The position numbers and the translations under genes were made by a program. The notes below the pieces were generated by a model that saw nothing but the letters and a program-made list of their open reading frames with translations, was not told where the DNA came from and made no database searches. Shown here one piece after another: positions 10,176 through 20,829 of a stretch of DNA of 64,000 bases (within the stretch, counting starts at the first letter, position 1; every line of letters begins with the position of its first letter). The DNA comes from Desulfobacterales bacterium (GTDB lineage Bacteria; Desulfobacterota; Desulfobacteria; Desulfobacterales; UBA5852): contig CAXXVS010000003.1 in the NCBI GenBank assembly GCA_963674755.2, forward strand, positions 416,001-480,000, read 5' to 3'.

Positions 10176-11498
10176 TTATGGCTGGAGGGCGTGCAGTCGG
10201 GGACTGACCGTGACGGGGTAGGCTTCATGGCGGTGGATGGTTTTGAAGCGCTCCGGGAGGCAAGCCGCCTGGGCTTCAAATCGCCGGCGGATTTCCTCCA
10301 GGGTGTTGGCGGGTTGCTGCCTGCGGCCGGCGCGCATCACCGCTGTCAGCAGGGGCCGCGTGCCGGGGATGGTCTCGTCCCGGCAGCCGATGACGTCTTT
10401 TTGATAGCGTCCCTGATCGTCCAGATAGCGAAAAACCTGCTTTTGGCCTGCCAGGGTGACCTTTCCCGGACTCAGTTTGCGGATATCCCGATTGCCCAAC
10501 CGCGCCAGTTTGTAGACGATATCCAGATAGGGGGCGTCGGCGGATACCCCCACCCGGGTGCCCACACCGAAAGCGTCGATGGGCGCGCCGGCTTTCACCA
10601 TCTCGGCGATCTTGAATTCATCGAAGTTGCTGCTGGCATAGATTTGCATGTCGGGCAAGCCGGCATCGTCTAGGATGCGGCGCACATCGCCGCTCAGGGT
10701 TTGCATGTCTCCGCTGTCCAGCCGTACCCCAAGCGCCCGGCGGCCCTGCTGCTGCATTTCTTTGGCCACAGTGGCGGCATTACGGGCACCGGTGAGGGTA
10801 TCATAGGTGTCGATCAGGAAGATGGTCGCCTCCGGGAAAGATGTCCCATAGGCTCGGAAAGCCTCCAGTTCGTTGTCGAAGGCGGTGACAAAAGCGTGCG
10901 CCATGGTTCCAGACACGGGGATGCCGAAGCGCTTGCCGGCCCGCACATTGCTGGTGGCCGCGAAGCCGGCAAGGTAGGTGCTGCGGGCGACATGATCGCC
11001 GGCATCCGGGCCGTGGGTGCGGCGCAACGCAAAATCGACCAGGGGGCGGCCCTGGGCCGCATGGGTGCAGCGGGCCGCCTTGGAGGCAATCAGCGAGGCG
11101 ATCCCCACGGTGTTTAAAACAAGGGTTTCGACCAGTTGGGCTTCGATGATCGGGGCGGTGATCTCCAGAAGGGGTTCATCGGGGAAATACAACGTGCCTT
11201 CCGGCATGGCATAGATGTCGCCGGTAAAGCGCAGCTCCCGGAGGGCGTCCAGGAAACCGGGATCAAACATGTTAAGCGATGTCAGGTATTCGAGGTCGTC
11301 TTCCTGAAAGCGGTAACGCTCCAATTCCTGTAGAACGGTTTCCAATCCGGCCGCCACGAAAAAATTGCGTTTGTGTTCGGGGTCTCGCACAAAAACCGAA
11401 AACGTGGCCTGGTCCTGAAGATGGTGTTTCCAGTAGCCGGCGGCCATGGTGATTTCATAAAGATCCGTCACGAGAGGACCGGCCAGAAAGGATGTCAT
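10176..11498 (-). CDS. pncB: Nicotinate phosphoribosyltransferase
   Basis: TDLYEITM, DFALRR, GTMAH, LIDTYDT, VRLDSGD, FGVGT, VYKL. Confidence 0.95.
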   Translation of the reverse strand: MTSFLAGPLVTDLYEITMAAGYWKHHLQDQATFSVFVRDPEHKRNFFVAAGLETVLQELERYRFQEDDLEYLTSLNMFDPGFLDALRELRFTGDIYAMPEGTLYFPDEPLLEITAPIIEAQLVETLVLNTVGIASLIASKAARCTHAAQGRPLVDFALRRTHGPDAGDHVARSTYLAGFAATSNVRAGKRFGIPVSGTMAHAFVTAFDNELEAFRAYGTSFPEATIFLIDTYDTLTGARNAATVAKEMQQQGRRALGVRLDSGDMQTLSGDVRRILDDAGLPDMQIYASSNFDEFKIAEMVKAGAPIDAFGVGTRVGVSADAPYLDIVYKLARLGNRDIRKLSPGKVTLAGQKQVFRYLDDQGRYQKDVIGCRDETIPGTRPLLTAVMRAGRRQQPANTLEEIRRRFEAQAACLPERFKTIHRHEAYPVTVSPRLHALQP

Positions 11499-11541
11499 GG
11501 CATTCGTTTCCCGGAAGAGTCATTTTGGCCGGGGAAAGACC

Positions 11542-12576
11542 TCATCGATCGAACCCGGGCCATTCGCTCAGGGGGGTCGTTGATTTGACCAGATGCATCC
11601 CGGCCTCGGCAAATTTTTGGAAGGCGCGGTCCGCCATCTCGGTATAGTCGATAACATCCGGTATGACCACCGGGGAAGTGCAATCCTCCAGCAGATAGAT
11701 CTTGTCGGCCAAAGGCTGCCCGCTGGCCTGGATTTCATTCAAAAGATCTTCGATGGTCCAGGCCACGCAGTGGCTTTTGGCCTGGCCGGCAATGATGACA
11801 GCGTCGAAGTTGAGCAGCTTCTGGATGAATTTGAAATTTTTAGTCCCGACCGTTTGGCCGTCCGGACCGGTTGTGATTTCAGGCTGCAATACCGAGTAGT
11901 TTTCGGTCAGGGGATGGCGTCCCTTGACCTGGAAATCGGCCTGGCTCAAGCGGCAGATGCCGTGGAAGAAAACGGCTTCCTCGACGGCCGACACCAGCGC
12001 GTGGCCAATGCCCCCCAGCATGGCATGATAGGGCCAGACGGTCAGGGCGTATTTGCCGCGGGATTGCAACTCGCGGGCGTAATGCGTGATGTAATGCTGG
12101 CCTTCCTCGGCGGTCAACTGAAGGCCCGGGGCCAGGGCGGAATTGAACCGCCAGACACCCCGTTCGATATCTTCAAAGGTTATGGTGGTAAAGGGCGCCG
12201 GATGACGCCCGTCCTTATCGATCAGAAAAATGCTGTGGAAGATCTGATGGGCCTGATGGGTATCCATGGTGGGACAAATTTCCGTCAGAGCCGCCAAGTT
12301 GCGATAGATAAATTCGCACACGCGCCGGTTGTCGTCCACCGCACCGCGTCCGCTCCGCCCGCCGACATAAAGCTCAAAGTCAGGCACACAAAAGGTGTTC
12401 TGAAGGTCCACCAGCATAAGGGAAACCCGAAAGGAATCATCAGCCGCCGCCGGTAGACGGTGCTGCCGGCGCCAGTCGGCGGCATCGTTCGCACGTTGCT
12501 GGTAGGGGACCCGCCAGACGGCATCAACCGATTGGGGGTCGAAGAAAGACGGTATGGGAAGCGTCTTCACGGACAT
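11542..12576 (-). CDS. Isochorismatase-family cysteine hydrolase, probable nicotinamidase (PncA-like, long type)
   Basis: VDLQNTF, DTH, WPYH, AGQAKSHCV (catalytic Cys), EDCTS; immediately upstream of pncB. Confidence 0.8.
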   Translation of the reverse strand: MSVKTLPIPSFFDPQSVDAVWRVPYQQRANDAADWRRQHRLPAAADDSFRVSLMLVDLQNTFCVPDFELYVGGRSGRGAVDDNRRVCEFIYRNLAALTEICPTMDTHQAHQIFHSIFLIDKDGRHPAPFTTITFEDIERGVWRFNSALAPGLQLTAEEGQHYITHYARELQSRGKYALTVWPYHAMLGGIGHALVSAVEEAVFFHGICRLSQADFQVKGRHPLTENYSVLQPEITTGPDGQTVGTKNFKFIQKLLNFDAVIIAGQAKSHCVAWTIEDLLNEIQASGQPLADKIYLLEDCTSPVVIPDVIDYTEMADRAFQKFAEAGMHLVKSTTPLSEWPGFDR

Positions 12577-12791
12577 GGCGGGCGGGCATCCTTGTTTAGA
12601 CAATTGAATAAGAGGGTTGGTGCTATCGATACAAATGCAATATGGGTGATATCCGTAAACCTGTCAACGCAAAGCGGGTAAGTCGGGATGACAACATCGA
12701 TCGAGGGTTTCTTTTGACATCGCCCGTATCAGCTTTTACCATAAACAACCCTATTGAAATCGATTGCCGCTCTCCACTCGGGGCTCGCCAT

Positions 12792-13373
12792 ATGAGTTTG
12801 CTAAATATCATTGCAATTGCCGTTGCCCTGGCGATGGACGCCTTCGCCGTCGCTATCGCCACCGGCGTTCGTCTGAAACGCGTATCCCTGCGCCAGTTTT
12901 TTAGACTCGCCTGGCACTTCGGCCTCTTCCAGGCCATGATGCCCATTATTGGCTGGTCGGCCGGTCTGACGGTGCGGGGGAGCATCGAACGTTACGATCA
13001 CTGGATCGCGTTCGGCCTCCTGTCCTTTGTGGGGATCAATATGATCCGGGAAGCATTCAAGCTGGAGGAAGATGCCCGGAAAAAGCGTGACCCGACCCGT
13101 GGCCTGACCCTGGTGATGCTTTCCGTGGCCACCAGCATCGACGCTCTGGCGGTGGGTCTGACGATTTCCATGCTTAAAGTGGCCATCTGGTTTCCGGCCC
13201 TGGTGATCGGATTGGTGGCCGGCGCTTTCACCGTGGTGGGCCTTCATCTGGGGAAATCGGTGGGTTCGGCGGAACGCCTGAGCCCGGTGGCGGAGGTGCT
13301 GGGAGGACTCGTGTTGCTTGGCATTGGCGTCAATATTTTAGTCGAACACCAGGCCCTGGCATTTCTTTTTTAG
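12792..13373 (+). CDS. mntP: Manganese efflux pump MntP
   Basis: ALAMDAFAVA, FGLFQAMMP, DHWIAF, ATSIDALAVG. Confidence 0.92.
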   Translation: MSLLNIIAIAVALAMDAFAVAIATGVRLKRVSLRQFFRLAWHFGLFQAMMPIIGWSAGLTVRGSIERYDHWIAFGLLSFVGINMIREAFKLEEDARKKRDPTRGLTLVMLSVATSIDALAVGLTISMLKVAIWFPALVIGLVAGAFTVVGLHLGKSVGSAERLSPVAEVLGGLVLLGIGVNILVEHQALAFLF

Positions 13374-13427
13374 GCGCCCCGCTCCGATGGTTCCGGAGCG
13401 GGGTCGGCATGCTACCGTTGGTTTGCG

Positions 13428-16400
13428 TTATTTCAAGATCGAGCGATCCCCCAAATTCCCATAGCGATGGTAGGTGTCGCAGATGCTCTGGTTCTGGCAG
13501 TAGTGCAGCAGTTCGATGCGGCCTTCCATCAGGACCGGCGTCCGGGCGATATAGAAGCCTCGTTTGGCGGCGGCTGCCAGGACGGCGGCCGGGACGCGTT
13601 CGGGGGCCGCGTAGCGGATACGCTGGACCACGGCCATGGAGGCGATCAGCGCCTCGTTCGATTGGCGCCTTACCACGGTATGCGCCGTGATCTCGTGGCC
13701 CTCCGGGGTGTCGAAAAAGGCGGTCACCCCATTGTCTAAATCGTCAGGAATGCTGATCAGCGGGATGTTGCCGGTGATCCGGGCCGCGGCCACCCGCGCC
13801 AGGACGTCGAACAGACGGTCTTCCGGATGCAGCCGGATGGCGATGGTACCCAGTGGCCGGTAGCGGTGAAGGTTGTCCTGGCCCCGCAGATGGAAGTAGT
13901 CTTTGGCCCGATTAAATTCCTGTTCGGCATGATAAAGGTAGCTTTTGATGGCGCGGATCGTTTTTTCAAGATCTTCTTTGTAGGCTCCCAGCTGGCCCCA
14001 AAGCAGTTTCCGTCGCCAGGCCAGCGCCATGCGCAATAGGGCATGTTCGCTTTGGAGCGCGCCGATGCGCGGCACTTCGACTTCTTCAAAGTTCATGAAC
14101 TGGGAGACATAGTTGGGGCCGCCGGCCTTGATGGCCGGCCCCAGAGCTGATTTGCCCATGCCGCCGAAAGGCTGCCGCAGGGTGATGGCCCCGGTGGTGC
14201 CCCGGTTGATATAGAGATTGCCGGCCCGGATCTTTTCCTTCCAGACGATGTGCTCCCGGGAATCGAGGCTTTCCAGGCCCGAGGTGAGACCATAGCCGGT
14301 CATATTCACCCGCTCGATGGCCTGCTCCAGGTTGTCGGCCGGCATGACCCCCAGCAGGGCGCCGAAAAACTCGGTATTATGGGTGTAGGAGCCGGGCTGT
14401 ACGCCGTATTTAATGCCTGGGGTCCACATATAGGGATTGTCCCCCTTCATTTCGGGCTTGAGGGCCCAGGTTTCCCCCGGCTCCAGCGTGGTCAGGGCTC
14501 GTTCCAGATCGCCCTGGGGAGGGTGGATCAGGGTGCCCATCTTGTTGGCGAAGTTCCAGGCCGAACCCACCCTGAAGCTGCGGGCGGCATCCACCAACTG
14601 GCGTTTGAAATCTTCGTCTTCATAGACTTCGCGCTCCAGGATCAGCAGCGAGGTGGCCGAACATTTCTGGCCGCTGTTGCCGAAGGCGGAATAGATGACA
14701 TTTTTGATGGCCTGGTCCCGGTCGGCCATGGCGGTTACGATGGTGGCGTTTTTGCCGCCGGTTTCCGCCGAGAGGTGCAGAGCGGGCTTTTGTTCGAGCA
14801 TTTGCATGCCGGTTTCGGTGCCGCCCGTCAGGATGACGTAGTCCACATCGTCGTGGCCGATCAGGTGGGCACCGGTGCTGCCCCCCGGACAGGGCAGGAA
14901 TTGCAGGGTATTGCGCGAAATGCCGGCCTGCCAGATGGCCTGGCAGAGCACCCAGGCGACCAGCACGGCATCCGAGGCGGGCTTGAAGATAACCGTGTTG
15001 CCGGCGGCCAGGGAGGCCATGATGCCGCCGCAGGGGATGGCGATGGGGAAGTTCCAGGGTGAAACCACCACACCCACCCCTTTGCCGGTGGCTTTGGTCC
15101 CCGAAAGTTCCGTAAAGGCGCGGGTCGAGAAGGGATAAAACTCCGCAAAATCGATGGCCTCCGAGACTTCCACGTCCGCTTCGGTGAAGACCTTGCCGGT
15201 ATTGGCGGCAGCCGCGCCGATCAGGTCGCCGCGGGCCCTGCGCAGCGCCATGGCCACCCGGGAGAGGGTCTCGTGGCGCTGGTCCGGCGACAGGCGGCGC
15301 CACCCGTCCGGGTCGGCCTTGGCCACGGCCACGGCCCGGTCGGCGTCCGCAGGGGTGGCCAATCGATAGGCGGCCACGACCACCTCTTGGGGTATCTGAT
15401 TGGGGTCTTGGCAGGTGTGCACCTCGCGGTCGTCGTAGATGTCATCGCCGCCGATCACCAGGGGAATGTCGATGGGCGCGTCGCCGGTGGATTTTTTCCA
15501 GCGGTCGCATATGGCCTGGGCCCATTCCCGGTTGGCGGCCAGAGACCAGTCCGTGTCGGCTTCGTTGTTGAATTCCCCCTCCCAATAGGTCCCCATTTTG
15601 GCGGGAAAGATCTCGTGACCGCGGTCCTGAATCCGGTTGGGGGTGCGGGGCGCCTTGTCCCGATGGGCGCAGGCCGCCTCGAACTGGTCTTTAAGAAAAC
15701 GCCATTCCTGGGATCCGGTGGTCAGACTGGGGGAATAGCGCAGGAAATTCTCCTCGCCCGTATTTTCATCCAGACGACGTACCAGATAGGCGATGGCGTT
15801 GATGAATTCCTCCCGGGCGGCCACCGGTGCATAGAGCAGCACCTCGCCGGTCATTTCCGATATGGCCCGCCGGACATGGTTGGCCATGCCCTCCAGCATT
15901 TCAAAAGAAAACCCGTCGGTGACCCGGTTGTGTTCCGCCACTTTGTAAGCATAGGCCAGCTCGAAAAGGTTGTGGGAAGCAATGCCCAGGTGAACGGCGC
16001 GCATGTTGTCGGGCTGCAGGCCGAAGTGGGCCATGCGCTTGTAGTTGGCATCCACGTCGCGCTTGTTGTCATAGGTGGCCAGGGGCCAGTTGAAAAGCGC
16101 CGATTCCACCAGCTCCATTTCCAGGTTGGCCCCCTTGACGATGCGGATCTTGATGGGGGCGCCGCCGGCATCCACGCGCTGCCGGGCCCAGGTGGTGAGT
16201 TCCTGCTGGATAGCAAAGGAATCGGGCAAATAGGCCTGGAGCACGATGCCGGCCGAGTGCTGTTTGAACTCTTCCTGGTCGAGGGTGCGGGTAAAGGCCT
16301 CCGTGGTAATCGCCAGATCCCGGTATTCCTCCATGTCGAGGTTGACGAATTTGGGAACCCGGCGGCCGTCCGAGTGTTCGAATTCATGGGCGGCCGCCGT

Positions 16401-17033
16401 CCGGTAGAGTTGCGCGAGGCGCTCCATCAGCACGCCCACGGTATGGTCGAAAGCCAGGGACTGGATTTGGGAATAAATGGTGGAGATTTTAACGGAAATA
16501 TATTCGATATTCGGGTTTTTGAGATCTTCGATATAGGTCTGGAGACGATGCCGGGCCTCTTCTTCCCCCAGCACGGCCTCCCCGAGGTGATTGATATTCA
16601 TGCGGATTCCCTGGCGCTTGCGCTTTTGCAAATGTGCCAGCAGCACATCCGGCTCCCCGGGAACAATGGCCCGCGCGCTGTCTTCCCGCATTTTTTCGAT
16701 CATCCGGGGCACGGAGATGCTCGGAATCAAGCGGCCCACAGAGAGAAAGAGGTGCATCAGGATCTTTTCGGTGGACGAAAAGAAGCCCGGAATACCGCGC
16801 CGTTTGAGCAGACTGCTGACCTGGTCGGCTACGCGGCGGTAATTTTCGCTGCGAAAACTCTGGTCGATCAGTTGGGTGAGGGTGATTTTGTCTTCCGGAT
16901 GGGTCAGCAGATGCTTGATCTGCTTCTGATACGCCTTTTCATCCTGCTTGAGCAGCTCGTCGGCCCGGTTTTGCCAGGCCTCGGCAAGCAGGATGGCCTC
17001 ACGCTGCAGGGTTTCTTCCGTGGCCGTTTGCAT
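13428..17033 (-). CDS. putA: Bifunctional proline dehydrogenase / P5C dehydrogenase
   Basis: NLDMEEY, VLQAYL, RIVKGAN, YLVRRLDEN (PRODH); SPWNFP, ETGGKN, GQKCSA, QPFGG (ALDH). Confidence 0.96.
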   Translation of the reverse strand: MQTATEETLQREAILLAEAWQNRADELLKQDEKAYQKQIKHLLTHPEDKITLTQLIDQSFRSENYRRVADQVSSLLKRRGIPGFFSSTEKILMHLFLSVGRLIPSISVPRMIEKMREDSARAIVPGEPDVLLAHLQKRKRQGIRMNINHLGEAVLGEEEARHRLQTYIEDLKNPNIEYISVKISTIYSQIQSLAFDHTVGVLMERLAQLYRTAAAHEFEHSDGRRVPKFVNLDMEEYRDLAITTEAFTRTLDQEEFKQHSAGIVLQAYLPDSFAIQQELTTWARQRVDAGGAPIKIRIVKGANLEMELVESALFNWPLATYDNKRDVDANYKRMAHFGLQPDNMRAVHLGIASHNLFELAYAYKVAEHNRVTDGFSFEMLEGMANHVRRAISEMTGEVLLYAPVAAREEFINAIAYLVRRLDENTGEENFLRYSPSLTTGSQEWRFLKDQFEAACAHRDKAPRTPNRIQDRGHEIFPAKMGTYWEGEFNNEADTDWSLAANREWAQAICDRWKKSTGDAPIDIPLVIGGDDIYDDREVHTCQDPNQIPQEVVVAAYRLATPADADRAVAVAKADPDGWRRLSPDQRHETLSRVAMALRRARGDLIGAAAANTGKVFTEADVEVSEAIDFAEFYPFSTRAFTELSGTKATGKGVGVVVSPWNFPIAIPCGGIMASLAAGNTVIFKPASDAVLVAWVLCQAIWQAGISRNTLQFLPCPGGSTGAHLIGHDDVDYVILTGGTETGMQMLEQKPALHLSAETGGKNATIVTAMADRDQAIKNVIYSAFGNSGQKCSATSLLILEREVYEDEDFKRQLVDAARSFRVGSAWNFANKMGTLIHPPQGDLERALTTLEPGETWALKPEMKGDNPYMWTPGIKYGVQPGSYTHNTEFFGALLGVMPADNLEQAIERVNMTGYGLTSGLESLDSREHIVWKEKIRAGNLYINRGTTGAITLRQPFGGMGKSALGPAIKAGGPNYVSQFMNFEEVEVPRIGALQSEHALLRMALAWRRKLLWGQLGAYKEDLEKTIRAIKSYLYHAEQEFNRAKDYFHLRGQDNLHRYRPLGTIAIRLHPEDRLFDVLARVAAARITGNIPLISIPDDLDNGVTAFFDTPEGHEITAHTVVRRQSNEALIASMAVVQRIRYAAPERVPAAVLAAAAKRGFYIARTPVLMEGRIELLHYCQNQSICDTYHRYGNLGDRSILK

Positions 17034-17185
17034 GGTGTTCTTCCTTTCTGAAGCGAATGGGTTGTGCTTTGGGAATATTCGGGTGCAGCTTTGTCGATCT
17101 TGATGGAAAGCTAAAGCTCCGCCGGAAATGTCGCAAGCCCCGAGTTCTCCAACCTTGGTATCCCAAAAGGGCGCGATTGGGATTG

Positions 17186-17202
17186 TAATGGTTAAACCAT
17201 TA
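17186..17202. promoter_or_regulatory. FadR/GntR-type operator upstream of putA
   Basis: Perfect inverted repeat TAATGGT-TAA-ACCATTA, overlapping a minus-strand TACAAT -10-like hexamer (17182-17187). Confidence 0.75.
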
Positions 17203-17331
17203 AATTAAATTGTTTGCTTTAACCTTTAAGCGCCTCCGCACAGCCTCTCGTTCTCATTTTCGGGGGGCGCGCTTTCCGGCCGATATCCGTTTCCCAGCGC
17301 TACCTGCGGCCGATGCAGATCTTTGGTGTCT

Positions 17332-18045
17332 CTAGTGTTTGCCGCCTAGGTATGCATTCTGCACATCCGGATTGGACAGCAGGTTGGCGGCGGCGTCTTC
17401 CAAAACAATGTTGCCGACTTCCATCACATACCCGCGATGGGCCAGCTTCAGGGCGGCCCGGGCATTCTGCTCCACCAGAACAACAGTTACGCCGGCCTGG
17501 TTGATCTCGCGGATGGTATCGAAAATGGCTTTGACCAGAATCGGGGCCAGGCCCAGACTGGGCTCGTCGAGCAGCAGAATCTTGGGGGTGGCCATGAGGG
17601 CCCGCGCGATGGCCAGCATCTGCTGTTCCCCCCCGCTCAAGGTACCGGCCAGTTGGCCTGAGCGTTCCGCCAGACGGGGGAATAGTTCGAAAATCCACTT
17701 CAGGTTTCTTCGATTGCGATTCACGTCATTGGAGGTATAGGCGCCCAGGTTGAGATTTTCCTGTACGGTCAGGGTTCCGAAAACCCGCCGCCCCTCAGGG
17801 ACCTGGGCAATGCCGCGGGCCACGATGCCGTGGGCCGGAAGTTTGTGGATGGCCTCACCCTCGAACTGAATGGCCCCCTGGGTAATTTTCACCAACCCGC
17901 TGATAGCCATCAGAGTCGTGGATTTTCCGGCGCCGTTGGCGCCGAGAATCGTGACGATTTCACCTTCCTTGACCTTGATATCGATGCCGTGCAGGGCTTC
18001 CACATTGCCGTATTTTACATGCAGGTCTTCCACGTTCAGAATCAT
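17332..18045 (-). CDS. livF: HAAT-family ABC transporter ATP-binding protein (second cluster)
   Basis: GANGAGKST, VPEGRRVF, LSGGEQQMLA. Confidence 0.92.
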   Translation of the reverse strand: MILNVEDLHVKYGNVEALHGIDIKVKEGEIVTILGANGAGKSTTLMAISGLVKITQGAIQFEGEAIHKLPAHGIVARGIAQVPEGRRVFGTLTVQENLNLGAYTSNDVNRNRRNLKWIFELFPRLAERSGQLAGTLSGGEQQMLAIARALMATPKILLLDEPSLGLAPILVKAIFDTIREINQAGVTVVLVEQNARAALKLAHRGYVMEVGNIVLEDAAANLLSNPDVQNAYLGGKH

Positions 18046-18048
18046 GGG

Positions 18049-18816
18049 CTATTCCTCATCAGCTCCCAGGTAGGCTTCGATGACTTTCGGGTCGGACTGG
18101 ATTTCCTGTGGGGTGCCCTCGGCAATTTTACCCCCGTTTTCAATCACCACGAGCTGCTCGCAGGCTTCCATCACGAGACTCATATCGTGTTCGATGAGCA
18201 GCACGGTAATCCCCCGATCACGGATATTGCGGATGGTCTCGATCAGCGCTGCGGTTTCCTGGTCGTTCATGCCGCCGGCCGGTTCGTCCAGGATGATAAA
18301 GCGCGGCTGGGTGGCCAGGGCGCGTGCAATTTCAAGCAGGCGCTGATTGCCGTAGGACAGATTCTCCGCCAGCTGGTCCGCGTGCGTTTGCAGGCCCACA
18401 AATTCCAGTTCCTTGAGGGCGGTTTCCAGGGCCTGGCTTTCTTCCCGGCGCTGGGCCGGTGTACGGAACATGGCGGCCAGGGAGCCGGATGCCATGCGGC
18501 AGTGGCAGCCGGCCAGCACATTCTCAATGGCGGCCAGCTTCTGAAAGAGGCGGATGGTCTGGAAGGTTCGGGCAATCCCCAGGGATACGATTTTATGGGT
18601 GGGAAGATTTTTGATGGAGTGGTCGTTAAAAATGACATCGCCCTCGTCCGGGCGATAATTACCGGTGATCAGATTGAAAACCGTGGTCTTGCCGGCGCCG
18701 TTAGGGCCGATCAACCCGACAATGGATCCGGTCTGGACGTCGAAGCTGACATGATCCACGGCGACCAGGCCGCCGAAACGCTTGGTCAAGTTATTCAGGC
18801 TGAGTAAGGTCGTCAT
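18049..18816 (-). CDS. livG: HAAT-family ABC transporter ATP-binding protein (second cluster)
   Basis: GPNGAGKTT, ARTFQTIRLF, LDEPAGG; start MTTLLSL at 18816. Confidence 0.92.
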   Translation of the reverse strand: MTTLLSLNNLTKRFGGLVAVDHVSFDVQTGSIVGLIGPNGAGKTTVFNLITGNYRPDEGDVIFNDHSIKNLPTHKIVSLGIARTFQTIRLFQKLAAIENVLAGCHCRMASGSLAAMFRTPAQRREESQALETALKELEFVGLQTHADQLAENLSYGNQRLLEIARALATQPRFIILDEPAGGMNDQETAALIETIRNIRDRGITVLLIEHDMSLVMEACEQLVVIENGGKIAEGTPQEIQSDPKVIEAYLGADEE

Positions 18817-19772
18817 GCGTTTCCCTCCCGGCCGAGCAGTTTGGCGATGGGGTAGCGACGCGGCAGCGGCGGCAGAATGCCTTCCGGCCGCAGGATCATC
18901 ATGACAACCATGAAGGCCCCGAAAATCAGCATGCGGGCCGTAGCGAATTGTCGAAACAGCTCTGGTAGCCCCAGGACCAGAAAGGCGCCCAGAATCACTC
19001 CCGGGATGCTGCCGCGACCCCCCAGCAGAACGATCATAAAAAGGACCACGGATTCCCAAAAATTAAAGGATTCCGGTGCGATGATGGTCATTTTGGCGGC
19101 GAAGATATTACCCACCATACCGGCCCAGAAGGCCCCGATCACAAAGGCGATCAATTTGTAATGGGAGGTGTTGATGCCGCTGCCCTCGGCCGCCACATCG
19201 TCTTCCCTCAAAAAATTGAGCGCACGTCCGAAACGGGATTTTTCCAACCGGTCGAAGAGGAAGATCGTAACGGCGGCAAAGCCCCAGATCAGGTAGAAAA
19301 ATTCCGCGGGCGTGTTGATTTTCATGCCCATGAGCATGGGTCGATTGATGCCGAAGATGCCGTTGCTGCCGCCCGTAATGCCGAACACATTGTTGACCAG
19401 CGCGATGCGGACAATTTCGACGAATCCGATGGTGACGATGAGCAGGTAGTCACCGCGCAGGTGAATGATGGGCCTGGCTACCACGAGGGCCGCCAAGCCG
19501 GCCACCAGCCCGCTGACCGGCAGAAGCCAGAAAATGGGAATATGGTAGGTGGTGTTGATAATGGCTGTCGTGTAGGCTCCGAGGGCGTAAAAGGCGGCAT
19601 GGCCCATGTGGAACAGGCCGGCATGGCCCAGGATGATATTGAGGCTCAAGGCCAGGATGGTATACAGGCCCACATTGTTCAAGACATCCACCCAGTAGGC
19701 ATTCAGGAAGGTCGGCGACACCAGGAGAAGAATGCCTAAAGCCGCGTAGAGGATATGGCGCATGTTTTTCAT
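18813..19772 (-). CDS. livM: HAAT-family ABC transporter permease (second cluster)
   Basis: HLRGDYLLIVTIGF, hydrophobic, operon context. Confidence 0.9.
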   Translation of the reverse strand: MKNMRHILYAALGILLLVSPTFLNAYWVDVLNNVGLYTILALSLNIILGHAGLFHMGHAAFYALGAYTTAIINTTYHIPIFWLLPVSGLVAGLAALVVARPIIHLRGDYLLIVTIGFVEIVRIALVNNVFGITGGSNGIFGINRPMLMGMKINTPAEFFYLIWGFAAVTIFLFDRLEKSRFGRALNFLREDDVAAEGSGINTSHYKLIAFVIGAFWAGMVGNIFAAKMTIIAPESFNFWESVVLFMIVLLGGRGSIPGVILGAFLVLGLPELFRQFATARMLIFGAFMVVMMILRPEGILPPLPRRYPIAKLLGREGNA

Positions 19773-20674
19773 ATTTTTTCCGCTACCCGTTCACCCAAGA
19801 GACCCGTGGGGCGAACAATGAGGATGAGAATGAGCACGCAAAAGGCAATGGCGTCCTTCCAGGCGATGGAGATATAGGCCGCCCCCATGGCTTCGATGAC
19901 GCCCAGCAGCAAGCCCCCCACCATGGCCCCGGGGATATTGCCGATGCCGCCCAGGATAGCGGCGGTGAAGGCTTTGAGGCCGTAGATCCATCCCATGGTG
20001 AAATTGATCTGGCCGTAATAGAGACCCACCATGAGGCCGGCGGCTCCGCCGAGTGCCGGGCCGATCAGAAAAACGATCATGATCACGCGGTCCACGTTGA
20101 TGCCCATCAGTTTGGCCGCTCCCTGATCGATGGCCGCCGCCCGGATGGCCGTGCCGATTTTGGTGCGTTGAATGAAAAGATAGAGACCGATCATCATCAG
20201 AATGGAGGTCAGCAGAATCAGCAAGCGTACCAGGGGAATATCCAGCCCGAAAAGGGAGATGGTGGTGCGGGGCAGGATGTCGTGGGGATAAACTTTATAG
20301 CGTGCGCCATAGATCAGCATGACGGCATTCTGAAAGAAGATGGAGGCCCCCAAGGCCGACACCACGGCCGACAGGCGGTGCGACTGGCGAAGCGGACGGT
20401 AGGCCACCCGCTCCAGAACCGCGCCCACGATGGCCACCAGCCCCATGACCATCAGAGCCAGCACCACCACCACACCGAAAGGCCCCAGGTAGTTGGTCAG
20501 GCCCAGAGCGGTCAGCAGGGTCAGGCCCAGATAGGCACCGATGGTAAACAGGTCGCCATGGGCGAAATTGATGAGTTTGAGGACGCCATAGACCATGGTG
20601 TACCCCAGGGCGATTAGGGCATATATACCGCCCACCGCCAGTCCGTTGGTCAGCTGTTGGATAAAGAGCTCCAT
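19769..20674 (-). CDS. livH: HAAT-family ABC transporter permease (second cluster)
   Basis: YALIALGYTMVYGVLKLINFAHG, KAFTAAILGGIG. Confidence 0.92.
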   Translation of the reverse strand: MELFIQQLTNGLAVGGIYALIALGYTMVYGVLKLINFAHGDLFTIGAYLGLTLLTALGLTNYLGPFGVVVVLALMVMGLVAIVGAVLERVAYRPLRQSHRLSAVVSALGASIFFQNAVMLIYGARYKVYPHDILPRTTISLFGLDIPLVRLLILLTSILMMIGLYLFIQRTKIGTAIRAAAIDQGAAKLMGINVDRVIMIVFLIGPALGGAAGLMVGLYYGQINFTMGWIYGLKAFTAAILGGIGNIPGAMVGGLLLGVIEAMGAAYISIAWKDAIAFCVLILILIVRPTGLLGERVAEKI

Positions 20675-20740
20675 CCGGCTCTCCGTTTCTATGAAAGATG
20701 ACGGATTGTGAATTTATCAAAGATGAGCGTCCGCATTTGG

Positions 20741-20796
20741 CATCAAAAGGGCGCTGATCGACTTGGGTGTCATCCGCGGCGACCAGCGCCCTGATG
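20741..20796 (-). terminator. Stem-loop after second livK
   Basis: Minus strand CATCAGGGCGCTGGTCG...CGATCAGCGCCCTTTTGATG. Confidence 0.55.
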
Positions 20797-20829
20797 GTAT
20801 AGCACGGCAATGGAATTCAATCCCCGGGA

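Noticed and set aside
12600..12791. Possible yybP-ykoY Mn riboswitch upstream of mntP
   Set aside because: Hallmark GGGGAGUAG and GAGAC segments not found
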